Part shown: positions 29,563 through 39,806 of the stretch, piece by piece
Position numbering within the stretch: position 1 is the first letter of the stretch
Layout of the letters: each line of letters begins with the position of its first letter
DNA from: a virus
Lineage: Duplodnaviria; Caudoviricetes
Strand: one strand, 5' to 3'
Length of the DNA stretch: 64,000 nucleotides
Virus record (IMG/VR): IMGVR_UViG_3300020577_009873
Span: 4,638 to 68,637 of that record
Notes under the pieces: model-generated
Told to the model about the DNA's origin: nothing
Seen by the model: only the letters and a program-made list of their open reading frames with translations
The model's database searches: none
Made by a program: the position numbers and the translations under genes

Positions 29563-30657
29563 TTAAACAACGGGTGTTAAGAATATTTTTCGATTGTGCC
29601 TATCAACAGCGATTACCTTTACCTTTACTTCCTCGCCATCAGATAAATCTTTGTTCACCTTTTCTAACTCGGAGATATGTATTAGTCCGATTGTTTCCTG
29701 GTCTAAGAAAACAAGCGTTCCGAACTGTTTATTTTCTTTAACCTTACCAGTTAATACTTGACCATTTTTAATGGAATCCCAAAGAGAGTCTCTTAAAATT
29801 TGAGTTAAGATGATTTTGTCTTTGATAATTTCCTTAACATAGAATTGAATTTCTGTGCCAGGTTGAATTTGTGCAAGTTTGTCTTGCCATTCAGGGTTGA
29901 TGTTTGTTTTGTGAATCATACCTGTTAAACATTCACCAAATTCAACGAATACTCCGAACGGTGTTGTTCCTGTAACGTTTCCATTATAAACCTCACCTCT
30001 TTGTAATTTCTTAATTGCTTCTGGAATAAGTGTTTGTAGATATTTTCTTCTACTAACAATATATGTACCTTCATCCCTAGAATATGATTCAATCATAACT
30101 TCAAGATTTTTACCGATAATTGATTCGGTGTCATATAATTTGTTAATACCAGCGAGTGTGTTTGGCATAAACCCTGGCAATGTTACTCCCTCATACAATA
30201 CATCAACATTGTATCCAGCCGGAGTTAGTTCTCTAACGAAGACATTCACGTGCTGATCTTCATCAATTGATTTGAGTGTTTCGTGCGCTCTGCTTTCATA
30301 GAGACTGGATAGTCCTCCTTTAATCATAAAGGTCACTTCGTCAACTTCAACGATGATAACATCTACTTTATCACCAACATTTGTATTTTTTAAATACTTA
30401 GCTTCGTTTGGTTTATTTTCAATTCTGATATAATCCTTGAAATTACCATCAAACATTAAAAATTCTGTAGTCTGTCCTACATAAATTGCGTGTACAATTT
30501 CACCTTCAACAGGAGATTGGAATGTGTACCCGTCATACATTTTTTCAAGAATAGCATTCTGTAATTTCCATTCTCTTTGTTGTTTCTCTAAATCGAAGTC
30601 AAAGTCTTCACCGACTTCCATTAGTTTAAATTTTTTGTTATAAAATTTGTTATTCAT
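29563..30657 (-). CDS. ribosomal protein S1-like protein
   Basis: repeated S1 OB-folds: TPFGVFVE...GMIHKT and QFGTLVF...GLIHISEL...VKVKVIAVD. Confidence 0.85.
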   Translation of the reverse strand: MNNKFYNKKFKLMEVGEDFDFDLEKQQREWKLQNAILEKMYDGYTFQSPVEGEIVHAIYVGQTTEFLMFDGNFKDYIRIENKPNEAKYLKNTNVGDKVDVIIVEVDEVTFMIKGGLSSLYESRAHETLKSIDEDQHVNVFVRELTPAGYNVDVLYEGVTLPGFMPNTLAGINKLYDTESIIGKNLEVMIESYSRDEGTYIVSRRKYLQTLIPEAIKKLQRGEVYNGNVTGTTPFGVFVEFGECLTGMIHKTNINPEWQDKLAQIQPGTEIQFYVKEIIKDKIILTQILRDSLWDSIKNGQVLTGKVKENKQFGTLVFLDQETIGLIHISELEKVNKDLSDGEEVKVKVIAVDRHNRKIFLTPVV

Positions 30658-30709
30658 ACTTTTGTTTTAATACTCTTCTATATCTATATGTATTAAAAGT
30701 TTATATGAT

Positions 30710-31078
30710 TTATAAAATTATGCGAGGTATATTGTTTCGATTCATATAATCTCTAATAAAAATAGCTTCCTCATATTTTTCCTCCTTAACTAGAATCTCC
30801 AATTTTTGATTTAATTCAATCGCTATTTCTTGTGAGGTTTTTTCTTTTTTTATATCATCATCTAAAATTGAATTGAAATATTCATTTAAGTGATTAATAT
30901 CTTTAAATTGAACATCCTTACTACCACTAAACTTAGAATTTAGCAATTTTCGAATATAGAAGTCGTTTAAAGCATTGTTATCTATTAAGTATTTAGCCAA
31001 ATGATATGGCCTATTTTTAAATAGCTTTAATACATTAATTAAGGTCTCATATAGCTTATCTCTATCCTTATCTTCCAT
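30710..31078 (-). CDS. hypothetical protein with C-terminal UVR-like motif
   Basis: LVKEEKYEEAIFIRD. Confidence 0.65.
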   Translation of the reverse strand: MEDKDRDKLYETLINVLKLFKNRPYHLAKYLIDNNALNDFYIRKLLNSKFSGSKDVQFKDINHLNEYFNSILDDDIKKEKTSQEIAIELNQKLEILVKEEKYEEAIFIRDYMNRNNIPRIIL

Positions 31079-31080
31079 AG

Positions 31081-31767
31081 TTAGATTTTTTCAAAATATA
31101 AATTAAAATAATAATTAAAATTGTAAGATGCTGATGATTTTTCTTGATTAAAAATAATATTCAATTTTCCTTGACTTTCGCTTAATATTGACTGTATTTT
31201 TTTTGTTACAAGACTGCTGTTTGTAATCTCACCAAAGGTATTTTTATATTTCATGGATCCATCATCAGAAAATGATTTATAATCAACGAAAAAGTCTACT
31301 GATTTATATTTATATCTATTTATTACATTTTTAAGAATATAATCATTAATGGCAGAATCCGTATTATTAAAAATAGTCATATTGTTTTTAACACCTTCAA
31401 ATGTTCTATATTTTTTTAGTGTGGCAAATATATAATTCGATAGTATTTTATTAATATCTATCTCTATATTCCATTTAGTATTAGATGCAAGTTGAATACT
31501 ACTTTGTGATTCATCAGACTTTATAGTGTGATTAACTGATTTATCATTAACACTACTATATACTATAGGGTCTAAATTTTTCTCTAAAGAAAAGTTCAGT
31601 TGTTCTCTATTTTGGTCCTGATAGTATATTAAATTTTCATTTAAAATAGAAATTGAATCTTGAATGTCAAGCATTTTAGATCCAAAAAATGAGGTTTGCT
31701 CCGTCATATTCATGGTCCCGTTAATATTTACATATTTAAATTCGGGTGATATATAATTTCTTCTCAT
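31081..31767 (-). CDS. putative virion protein
   Basis: coupled to the large N/S/T-rich ORFs. Confidence 0.55.
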   Translation of the reverse strand: MRRNYISPEFKYVNINGTMNMTEQTSFFGSKMLDIQDSISILNENLIYYQDQNREQLNFSLEKNLDPIVYSSVNDKSVNHTIKSDESQSSIQLASNTKWNIEIDINKILSNYIFATLKKYRTFEGVKNNMTIFNNTDSAINDYILKNVINRYKYKSVDFFVDYKSFSDDGSMKYKNTFGEITNSSLVTKKIQSILSESQGKLNIIFNQEKSSASYNFNYYFNLYFEKI

Positions 31768-34700
31768 TATGATTTTAAAATTTTATTTGATGTGAGATTT
31801 ACCTCAGTGTTTTGATCAATATCCAAACATTCAATATAATACTCATTATCCCAAGTTGATTTAAATATGAAATAATCGGTAAATGTATATCCAAATTCAT
31901 CTAACATCGGATAAATGGATTTAATATCTGGATTAAATCTAAGTTTTAAAATATTACTCTTTCTATTTATTTTGGAAATAACTCTTTCCTTCATCATACC
32001 AAAATTTGTTAATTCAGTATCGAATTTATAATTTCCAACAGCAGATGATGTCATACCCGGAGCCTCAAATAGTGGTATTGTATAAAATATTGGACAATAA
32101 TATCCACTGTATCTATATAGACTGTTATAAATATTATTTTTTAAACCATGATAATTTTCAATAATAGATGGATCATCTTTTCTCTTACTTATTTCGATTC
32201 CTAATCCATTGCTATTATAATAGTTTAACATATCAATCGTTACAATACTACCATTATCTAACTTTCTTTTTGGTTTAAATTGACTAACTTCAAGTGTTGA
32301 TGTATTATGTAGTAGAGATTGAACTCTACTAAATAACCTATCCGGAGCTTGATATGTTAACATACAAGGAAGAGATGTTATATTATCAAAGTCATATATT
32401 TCTAGCGACCCATCTTCGTTGATAATTACGTATTGTAAATAATCACTAAATCCAAATTTATTGGATAAGTCTGATATAGCATTTGTAAAGTTTAAAGCAG
32501 TTATATTAGAATAAATATCATTATATAAACTATCTCTATCTACACTCGATATATCTGGTAATGTGTTATCATTAACATAAATATTAACTAAAACATTTTT
32601 ATATTTTTTATTAATGTATACGGATATTCCATTTTCTAAGGTAGAATCAGATTTAGCGGTACATTGATAATATTTATTATTTAATAATATAATAGGGTTG
32701 TCTGCCAAGTTATATTGATAATTTGTATCTGGAACCATACTATACTTTCTAGTCCAAACATTTGATATTCCTGGAATATCGCCCGATGAATAAGAGGAAT
32801 TTAGCTGGTATAATATTTCATTATAAACAACATATGGGTATCCAGGTGTTGTAATAGTTGTATTTGGTTTTGATATATAATTGCTACCATATGTATATAT
32901 CGGTGACCATATTTCAACAATATTCCAATCAGATTTTATTGAAGTCTCTACCCAAAAATATGTAGATCCTACTGTATCCACTGCTGATGTTATAGTTGAT
33001 GGTTCGCTTCTCCAAACATTGGATGATCCTGGCTGTATTGTGTTGCTTTGTGTGGTTGATATCCAGGTCTTATTATCATGCCTAATCACATCATTATATC
33101 CATATGATTTAAATGGATTCCAGAATGAAAATGTATTTCCAGTACTGTCGTAATAGTAATACTCGCCTTTATTATAGATAAAGTCATTAGATGAGAATGT
33201 AAACGATGGGGTCCAAAATATACTTGTTGATGGTGACCAATCAACATTTTCCCACTCTGATGTTTCAGTAGATGGATTCTTAGTTGGATCAGTTATAGTA
33301 GAACTTGTAGAAGCCTTATATAAGATATCATAATATGATACAACATCATTAGTTGAATATGTTTTATTATGAACCCAATTATCAATCACATACCATGTGA
33401 GTGAATTATTTGTTGTCGATAAGTCTCCGACTGATATATCTGATGCGGAATGTGATACTTTATAATCATTTTTTGATAAAAGAATAGAAAATTTATATCC
33501 TTGATATGTATTTAATGATTTTAAATTAATATCATCGATATTACCATCCGATACTTTAATATCCTCGACATCATATAAATTAAATTTTAGTCCTCTAAAT
33601 AGAGTTGTGTTAGGTATAACATTATCTCCCGCCTCAAAAACAGACCACTTCTTTGTATTTACTATCTCATCACCATTATTAAATGTCGACTTTTTACCAA
33701 AGAAATAAGAAAAATAATCATATGTTGTATCTAAGTATTTATCTAATTCAAAAGAAAAATTAGTATCTATATTACCATTAATTGTGGACTCAACATGAAG
33801 GCTATGATACGAATAAGATGCGGTAGATGAATTTACCGAATAAAAATAATCTAAATTTCTTTCTTTCCTACTTGGAATAGGATCGAATGGATTTGTTGTT
33901 CTGTTAAAATCCTCAGATAGAAATGAGTTATTTAATAGATATGGATAGTCATTAGATGATAGTGAGTTTTGATACCCCCATTTACTCCTATATGAGTTTT
34001 TTCTCCATATATCAGATAGATCATTGTCTACTATTCGGAAAGTCTCACCATTGGCAGTATATTCAGATGATACAGGTATATTAACCACCTTACCATTTAC
34101 AATATAATCGTTATAATCACTAGGATTATTTTTGCTGTCATAGTCCAATGTATACATTTTTGGCTCATCTGTATATGTCAATTCTGATATTTTTGAATAC
34201 TCAAATTTGGAGTACTCTGTTTCTACAATAGTAGTATCAAAATCCTTAATGTCAGTAAACTTACATTTGTAAATTTTAAATGGTATTAAATTAGGATTAC
34301 CATCAACTTTTAGATTCAAAGTAGTTTTATATGCGGCATCTGGACTATTTATCCAATATTGTAATTTATCTGATGACATGGTGAATCCATAATCAGATTG
34401 TATATAAAATACGCCATTTGATTCTTTAATTACATGATACTTTCCATCAATATCTATTAACCACACATCAGCTAAATCATAATCTGATATTAATACATTA
34501 CCATTTAATAATTCAATAGAATTGTCATCGTTTATTTGAACAATGTTGCTATTAATAGAACTATGTGTAATTCCTATTAGATCGACATCACTTATTATTT
34601 TATAATAGTATCTTTCACCTAGTTTAACTTCATCGCTATAAACAGTTTTGGATAATCTTACTTTGGAAAACTGTGCTTTCGATGTTCTAATATATCTTTC

Positions 34701-35708
34701 GACTTTATAAAATCTACCACCAACTTCTATATAGGGTGATGTAATTATATCCCAATTATCTATAAATGGACTATCACTACTTTGACTAGTTAATAAGTTT
34801 CCACCAGATATAACCACATCTGATTTTAATTCAGGTAATAGATAAGGGCTAAAATTATAAACATTTTCCATCTCATCAAGATAGAATCCCATGTACCTGT
34901 TAATACTCCATTTTCTTAACGTGTCTGGAGTTGCCGGAGTATCATCAAATAAAAAACTAAAATTTATAATATTTGGAAATATTACTTTATTGTTTTTATA
35001 TCCATCATATACTAATCTTTCAAAGTCACTAAACGTGTTTTCATATTCTAATGCAGAGTCTAAGAAAAACGATTTAGATGTATATCCACCCACCTCATAG
35101 TCAATCCCATTCCAGCTTGAAAATTCAAGACTTCTATAATCCATATAAAATGGACAAGTCGGAAAATATTGATTTTGCACATAATTATTATTTATCCACT
35201 CACCTAATGGTGTATTTTTTGTTAAATCAAATATTTTTACACATTTGAAATTATCAACAATTTCAGATCTAAAATTATCCTTATTTAAATTAACCAATCC
35301 AGGGCCATCAATCCTAAGTACTATAAATTTCTTTGGAAAGCTCTCATCACCAACATACAGGGGTGCAAAACATTCAAACTCTTCATTATAGTTTTTGTTA
35401 TTAATAATATTTCTACACCCCATTTGATAAATATCATCAAATTGTTTATCAAAGGTATTAAACATGTTATCATTATCATCATCATATTTAACCTTAAAAG
35501 CTATATCAACTGGGAGTCCATTATAAAAATAAGGCACTATTTCATCATAATAGGTATTTTTATTAAATTGTACCTTTTTGTATTTACTATCAGACAATTG
35601 TGCATCTGAGTCAATAGAATCTAGAAATAGATTGTAATTACTAGAGACCATAACTTTCACATTCGTTGTTAATCCAACATTTGTTCTTAATATAGAAAAA
35701 CTATTCAT
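31767..35708 (-). CDS. large putative structural protein with carbohydrate-binding-like repeats
   Basis: 1313 aa; W...Y..NDVV.Y repeats. Confidence 0.6.
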   Translation of the reverse strand: MNSFSILRTNVGLTTNVKVMVSSNYNLFLDSIDSDAQLSDSKYKKVQFNKNTYYDEIVPYFYNGLPVDIAFKVKYDDDNDNMFNTFDKQFDDIYQMGCRNIINNKNYNEEFECFAPLYVGDESFPKKFIVLRIDGPGLVNLNKDNFRSEIVDNFKCVKIFDLTKNTPLGEWINNNYVQNQYFPTCPFYMDYRSLEFSSWNGIDYEVGGYTSKSFFLDSALEYENTFSDFERLVYDGYKNNKVIFPNIINFSFLFDDTPATPDTLRKWSINRYMGFYLDEMENVYNFSPYLLPELKSDVVISGGNLLTSQSSDSPFIDNWDIITSPYIEVGGRFYKVERYIRTSKAQFSKVRLSKTVYSDEVKLGERYYYKIISDVDLIGITHSSINSNIVQINDDNSIELLNGNVLISDYDLADVWLIDIDGKYHVIKESNGVFYIQSDYGFTMSSDKLQYWINSPDAAYKTTLNLKVDGNPNLIPFKIYKCKFTDIKDFDTTIVETEYSKFEYSKISELTYTDEPKMYTLDYDSKNNPSDYNDYIVNGKVVNIPVSSEYTANGETFRIVDNDLSDIWRKNSYRSKWGYQNSLSSNDYPYLLNNSFLSEDFNRTTNPFDPIPSRKERNLDYFYSVNSSTASYSYHSLHVESTINGNIDTNFSFELDKYLDTTYDYFSYFFGKKSTFNNGDEIVNTKKWSVFEAGDNVIPNTTLFRGLKFNLYDVEDIKVSDGNIDDINLKSLNTYQGYKFSILLSKNDYKVSHSASDISVGDLSTTNNSLTWYVIDNWVHNKTYSTNDVVSYYDILYKASTSSTITDPTKNPSTETSEWENVDWSPSTSIFWTPSFTFSSNDFIYNKGEYYYYDSTGNTFSFWNPFKSYGYNDVIRHDNKTWISTTQSNTIQPGSSNVWRSEPSTITSAVDTVGSTYFWVETSIKSDWNIVEIWSPIYTYGSNYISKPNTTITTPGYPYVVYNEILYQLNSSYSSGDIPGISNVWTRKYSMVPDTNYQYNLADNPIILLNNKYYQCTAKSDSTLENGISVYINKKYKNVLVNIYVNDNTLPDISSVDRDSLYNDIYSNITALNFTNAISDLSNKFGFSDYLQYVIINEDGSLEIYDFDNITSLPCMLTYQAPDRLFSRVQSLLHNTSTLEVSQFKPKRKLDNGSIVTIDMLNYYNSNGLGIEISKRKDDPSIIENYHGLKNNIYNSLYRYSGYYCPIFYTIPLFEAPGMTSSAVGNYKFDTELTNFGMMKERVISKINRKSNILKLRFNPDIKSIYPMLDEFGYTFTDYFIFKSTWDNEYYIECLDIDQNTEVNLTSNKILKS

Positions 35709-35714
35709 TTATTA

Positions 35715-38700
35715 TTATACTATTTTCGTAGGCCCAGACGTTAAGGCTTTGTTCAAAACAACTTTATTCCTATTGATAACAAATTTTATTGTGAAAACAA
35801 ATGGTCTATTATCAACATCTGTTTCTAATAAAAATTTAATTTTCTTAGTATGCCTAATTGTTTTAGTAGCGGAATTTAAATTAATATATTGATAGTTTAA
35901 TCCTGTCTGACTTGGATCCAATGCATTCATCTTAAAATAGATGTTAATTGGGATATTTATGTCATTTGATGTTCCGCCATCAAGAGCTCTATTTTTATCA
36001 GCATTGGTTTCTACAATGTCTTCTAACTTAGGAACAGATGGGTGAACACTTGTTAATAATTTAGTAGTACTTGACACACTAACCGTATTATCTATCCATT
36101 TAGATACGTCTAGTAATGAGTTATTATTACCAACGAAAGATAAAATAGAATTCTCCGAATATCCTAAATTAAATTCGGTTGATGATAAAATACTCGTAAT
36201 TGAGTTACTATCTGATTGAATAAATCCATTTCCTATATTATCAGATAATTTGGTAATTGATGTTTGATTTAAACTATCATAATTAACAAGCCATACGAAT
36301 TGGTTATCAATTTGTGATTTTGTTTGGCCTGTTAGATTAGAAAAAATCAATTCATTTTGATCATTAATCCAAAAAGATTGAGGAGCCGATTGATTATAGA
36401 TATCACTATTAGTGGTATTTATATATGTTCTATTAGATAGAAGTCCTAGTGGAGAATCGGATGATTTATTTCTAATTTTCAATAAGAAATCTTTGATAGA
36501 ATAGATGTTGTTAGCATAAACTCTACCAGTTGGTACACCAGTTGACACATAAGAATCTAAATAATCTTCACATTCAACCGTAAATGCTAATTCAGAACCA
36601 TTTTTAACAACAAATTGTTCTGAATTTCTATAAATAACAACTTCAAGTTCTCCTTTGGCCTTCTTGATTTGATCTTCAAGTGATTTAATCCTACCTTCAA
36701 GATATGATAAATATTCAAAAAGATCTAGAGCAATGCCATTAGAATCTTTAAATCCTGATAGAATACTTGCTGAGTTGTGTAAATATGTTTTATTATTTAT
36801 AGTAGTCGTTTCTGATAAATGTGTATCAAGACCCTTTGCAGTTAAATCAGATTGAATACTTGCTTTAATATCTTCTTTATTAGCATCGGTTATGATCGCA
36901 TTGGTTTGATTTAAATTGTTACTTAACTCATCAGGAAAGTCAACAGATAATGTATCAGACCAATCGGATTCAACAGGAGATTCTGGCCATCCAACTTCAG
37001 ATATTGACTTTACTCTTATTTCTACTCTCTCATTATATTGAATAGGAATATCAACTTGGTTTATATTAACCACATCTGGATTGGATAAATCTTCAGTATT
37101 CCATGTATATGATCCAGTCGTTGGATTAAAGGTTCTACCTCTAACATCACTCTTAATTGATACCCAATTAGAAAATGCTGCTGTCTTAGGTGACGGTAAT
37201 AGGGAATCACTTATACTAAATGTTTCAATAGGTGTCTCTTTACCATCTTTACTTAAATATCTGTATTCAACAACAAATTGAATTACTTCTTGTGGATTTG
37301 TTCCTTTTGAAACAACTGCTTTTGGTATATCCCAAAAACCTCTAACACTAAATTTATAATCAACTGAATTACCAGCCGAGTTAGAAATAGTTAATATTTC
37401 GGATACTAAAGTATTAAGTGCTTTAGATTTAGTTTCCTTTGTTTTTACTAGTCTATCCAATTCATTCTCAAATTGTTTTCTAGCAGCATCTGATGCAAAT
37501 CTAGTTACTTTTAATTGTTTATTCTTATCTGTAATAGCGGCATCTATTTGCTCAATTTCAGATTTTAAAGCTTTTTGTTGATTATTTTTACTCTTTAATG
37601 TATTTGAATCAGAATTATCTGTCAAATGTTTATTTATTTGAACAACTTTGAAATTAGATGAACTCAAAACGGGTCTATTTGGAATAGTTGATAAGATATT
37701 TGGTGTTTTTTTAGCTACCAAGTCTTTAATAACTTGACCATAATCATATACATTATCTATGTAATATTGCTCCATTGTACTGCCATTAGATGAGTCATCA
37801 GATACTAATCTTAAATCATTTGTCCAAAATCCAGTACCAGCACTCCAATTCTTAGATAATAAGAAGTTGTCCATATTTAATGGTTTAATAAATATCACAT
37901 TTCTCTCATTGTATCCAATTGAGACTCTAACCTTCTTAGTGTATAAAACAGGAGAATAAAATTTAAGTGTATTATATCCGACGGATATTGGTTCGTTGCC
38001 TTCAACCCTTTCTAGTCTAACCTTAGCGGTAAATGAAACAGTAGATATCTCTACTATTTTATATCTAGTTGTTGATTGATCAACATTCACAATTAATTCA
38101 TCACTAACAGTAAGTTGTTTTATTTCGTTTGTTTGTGTGTTGACATAATCGAGTCTATTTAAATGATACCATAATTTTCGATTTATCAAATCCTCTTCAG
38201 TTTTCAGAACTGTAAATGATCCTGAATATTGTAATTCATTTGGTTGTAAGTCAAATACTTGTTCATCATAATTTGGAGTACTTGGTGTTAATACTCCAGG
38301 TGTAGTAGAGTGCCATGTTGTAAACTCATCAAGAACAATTGAACTATTGTTTCTAAATTGTGTGTTAAAATTATTCAATGCTGATTGTCCAAGAGTTGTA
38401 TAATTACCTAAAGAATCCTTTTCAAAATCAACTATATACCTTCTACTTAATACCTTTCTAACATTATTCTCGATTCTACCACTCAAATCTATCTCAACTG
38501 ATAATTCTGGATTCATTAATCCTTCAAAAAACCAATTCTTACTGGATTTAAAACTATTCAATACCTGCAATTGTGATATATCATTAGGCTCTCTATTTAA
38601 ATCAACAGTTACTATCTTCTTGTATTTATTCGAAGATGAAGTTTGTATAACAGCTCCTGTATTATCAACATTATAAATAGAATTAATATTATTATTAAGT

Positions 38701-38900
38701 CTATCAATCTCAGATTTTAAAAATCCGAATGATGGTAATACAAACTGTTTTGCTATACCCGATGAGTCAGTAACATTTACGGTTACAGAAGCTTCCGTAG
38801 ATACTGCAAGATCATTAATTTTTGAAAGCGTATCAATTAGATTGTTATTAAAATTTATAACTTGTTCCGCTACGGTATGATATGAACTTTGAAATGGCAT
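35715..38900 (-). CDS. large putative structural protein with coiled coil
   Basis: 1061 aa; AATATATA upstream. Confidence 0.6.
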   Translation of the reverse strand: MPFQSSYHTVAEQVINFNNNLIDTLSKINDLAVSTEASVTVNVTDSSGIAKQFVLPSFGFLKSEIDRLNNNINSIYNVDNTGAVIQTSSSNKYKKIVTVDLNREPNDISQLQVLNSFKSSKNWFFEGLMNPELSVEIDLSGRIENNVRKVLSRRYIVDFEKDSLGNYTTLGQSALNNFNTQFRNNSSIVLDEFTTWHSTTPGVLTPSTPNYDEQVFDLQPNELQYSGSFTVLKTEEDLINRKLWYHLNRLDYVNTQTNEIKQLTVSDELIVNVDQSTTRYKIVEISTVSFTAKVRLERVEGNEPISVGYNTLKFYSPVLYTKKVRVSIGYNERNVIFIKPLNMDNFLLSKNWSAGTGFWTNDLRLVSDDSSNGSTMEQYYIDNVYDYGQVIKDLVAKKTPNILSTIPNRPVLSSSNFKVVQINKHLTDNSDSNTLKSKNNQQKALKSEIEQIDAAITDKNKQLKVTRFASDAARKQFENELDRLVKTKETKSKALNTLVSEILTISNSAGNSVDYKFSVRGFWDIPKAVVSKGTNPQEVIQFVVEYRYLSKDGKETPIETFSISDSLLPSPKTAAFSNWVSIKSDVRGRTFNPTTGSYTWNTEDLSNPDVVNINQVDIPIQYNERVEIRVKSISEVGWPESPVESDWSDTLSVDFPDELSNNLNQTNAIITDANKEDIKASIQSDLTAKGLDTHLSETTTINNKTYLHNSASILSGFKDSNGIALDLFEYLSYLEGRIKSLEDQIKKAKGELEVVIYRNSEQFVVKNGSELAFTVECEDYLDSYVSTGVPTGRVYANNIYSIKDFLLKIRNKSSDSPLGLLSNRTYINTTNSDIYNQSAPQSFWINDQNELIFSNLTGQTKSQIDNQFVWLVNYDSLNQTSITKLSDNIGNGFIQSDSNSITSILSSTEFNLGYSENSILSFVGNNNSLLDVSKWIDNTVSVSSTTKLLTSVHPSVPKLEDIVETNADKNRALDGGTSNDINIPINIYFKMNALDPSQTGLNYQYINLNSATKTIRHTKKIKFLLETDVDNRPFVFTIKFVINRNKVVLNKALTSGPTKIV

Positions 38901-38955
38901 TTTTTATATAGATTTTTTTTATATATTAATTTTTACTATCTTTGATTAGTTAATT

Positions 38956-39417
38956 GTGAACTATATAAAGAAATTAAAATCATTGGGGTTTAAGAAAATT
39001 GAACCTATTGTTGTTTGTAGCTTCAACTATGAAAAAGTAGGTCGTAAGCACTTATCTGGACATTATATTATTTCTCTTAAAGAAGTAGAAAGTAATGAAA
39101 AATATAAAAAGGAAACCTCTGATTTTTATCAAAAAATTACTTACTATCCAAAATCTATTCAAAATCAATCCTACCTATTAAAAGTATCAAATGTCGTTTC
39201 CTTATTTATAATATTAGTAGGGGGAGAGTTCACCTTTGTAATAAAGGATGATTCTATTCCCAATGATGAAAGGCCATATACCATCTACATAAATTCTATC
39301 AAAATTGCAATAAAATCTGAGTCATTAAATGACAACTTTTGGAAAAGATGTATGGAATTTATTAGTAATGATATTAAGCGAGACCTATTAATAAAAGAGA
39401 TTTTTAAATATGGATAA
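38956..39417 (+). CDS. hypothetical protein
   Basis: GTG start; ends RDLLIKEIF. Confidence 0.65.
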   Translation: MNYIKKLKSLGFKKIEPIVVCSFNYEKVGRKHLSGHYIISLKEVESNEKYKKETSDFYQKITYYPKSIQNQSYLLKVSNVVSLFIILVGGEFTFVIKDDSIPNDERPYTIYINSIKIAIKSESLNDNFWKRCMEFISNDIKRDLLIKEIFKYG

Positions 39418-39778
39418 TTTCGAAGACTTTATAGAAGAAATTAAGGAAACATCAAAAAATTATGTAATTATATGTGGATTTACTGATATAAAAGATGCTG
39501 CATTGATTAATACCAGTCACTATATAATGCTTGGGTATGCAGATGAAAAAGATATCAAAGAAGCTTTATCGTATATTGAAGAATTACCAGAAATAGAAGG
39601 CGAATATGAATTCGATGCTGTGTTTAGATGGGTTTCGGATGATTATGATGATATGGGTCGGATTACACTTAGGGGATATTTGGAAGAAAAATACACTAAA
39701 TTCACTCTAATTCAGACACTTATACAACGAGAAAGAGAGGAAAAAATTGACAACTTTTTCGATTTTAATTTTGATTAA
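39410..39778 (+). CDS. hypothetical protein
   Basis: ORF ending REEKIDNFF. Confidence 0.7.
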   Translation: MDNFEDFIEEIKETSKNYVIICGFTDIKDAALINTSHYIMLGYADEKDIKEALSYIEELPEIEGEYEFDAVFRWVSDDYDDMGRITLRGYLEEKYTKFTLIQTLIQREREEKIDNFFDFNFD

Positions 39779-39806
39779 TTCGATAAATTATCGTATATTT
39801 GTAAAA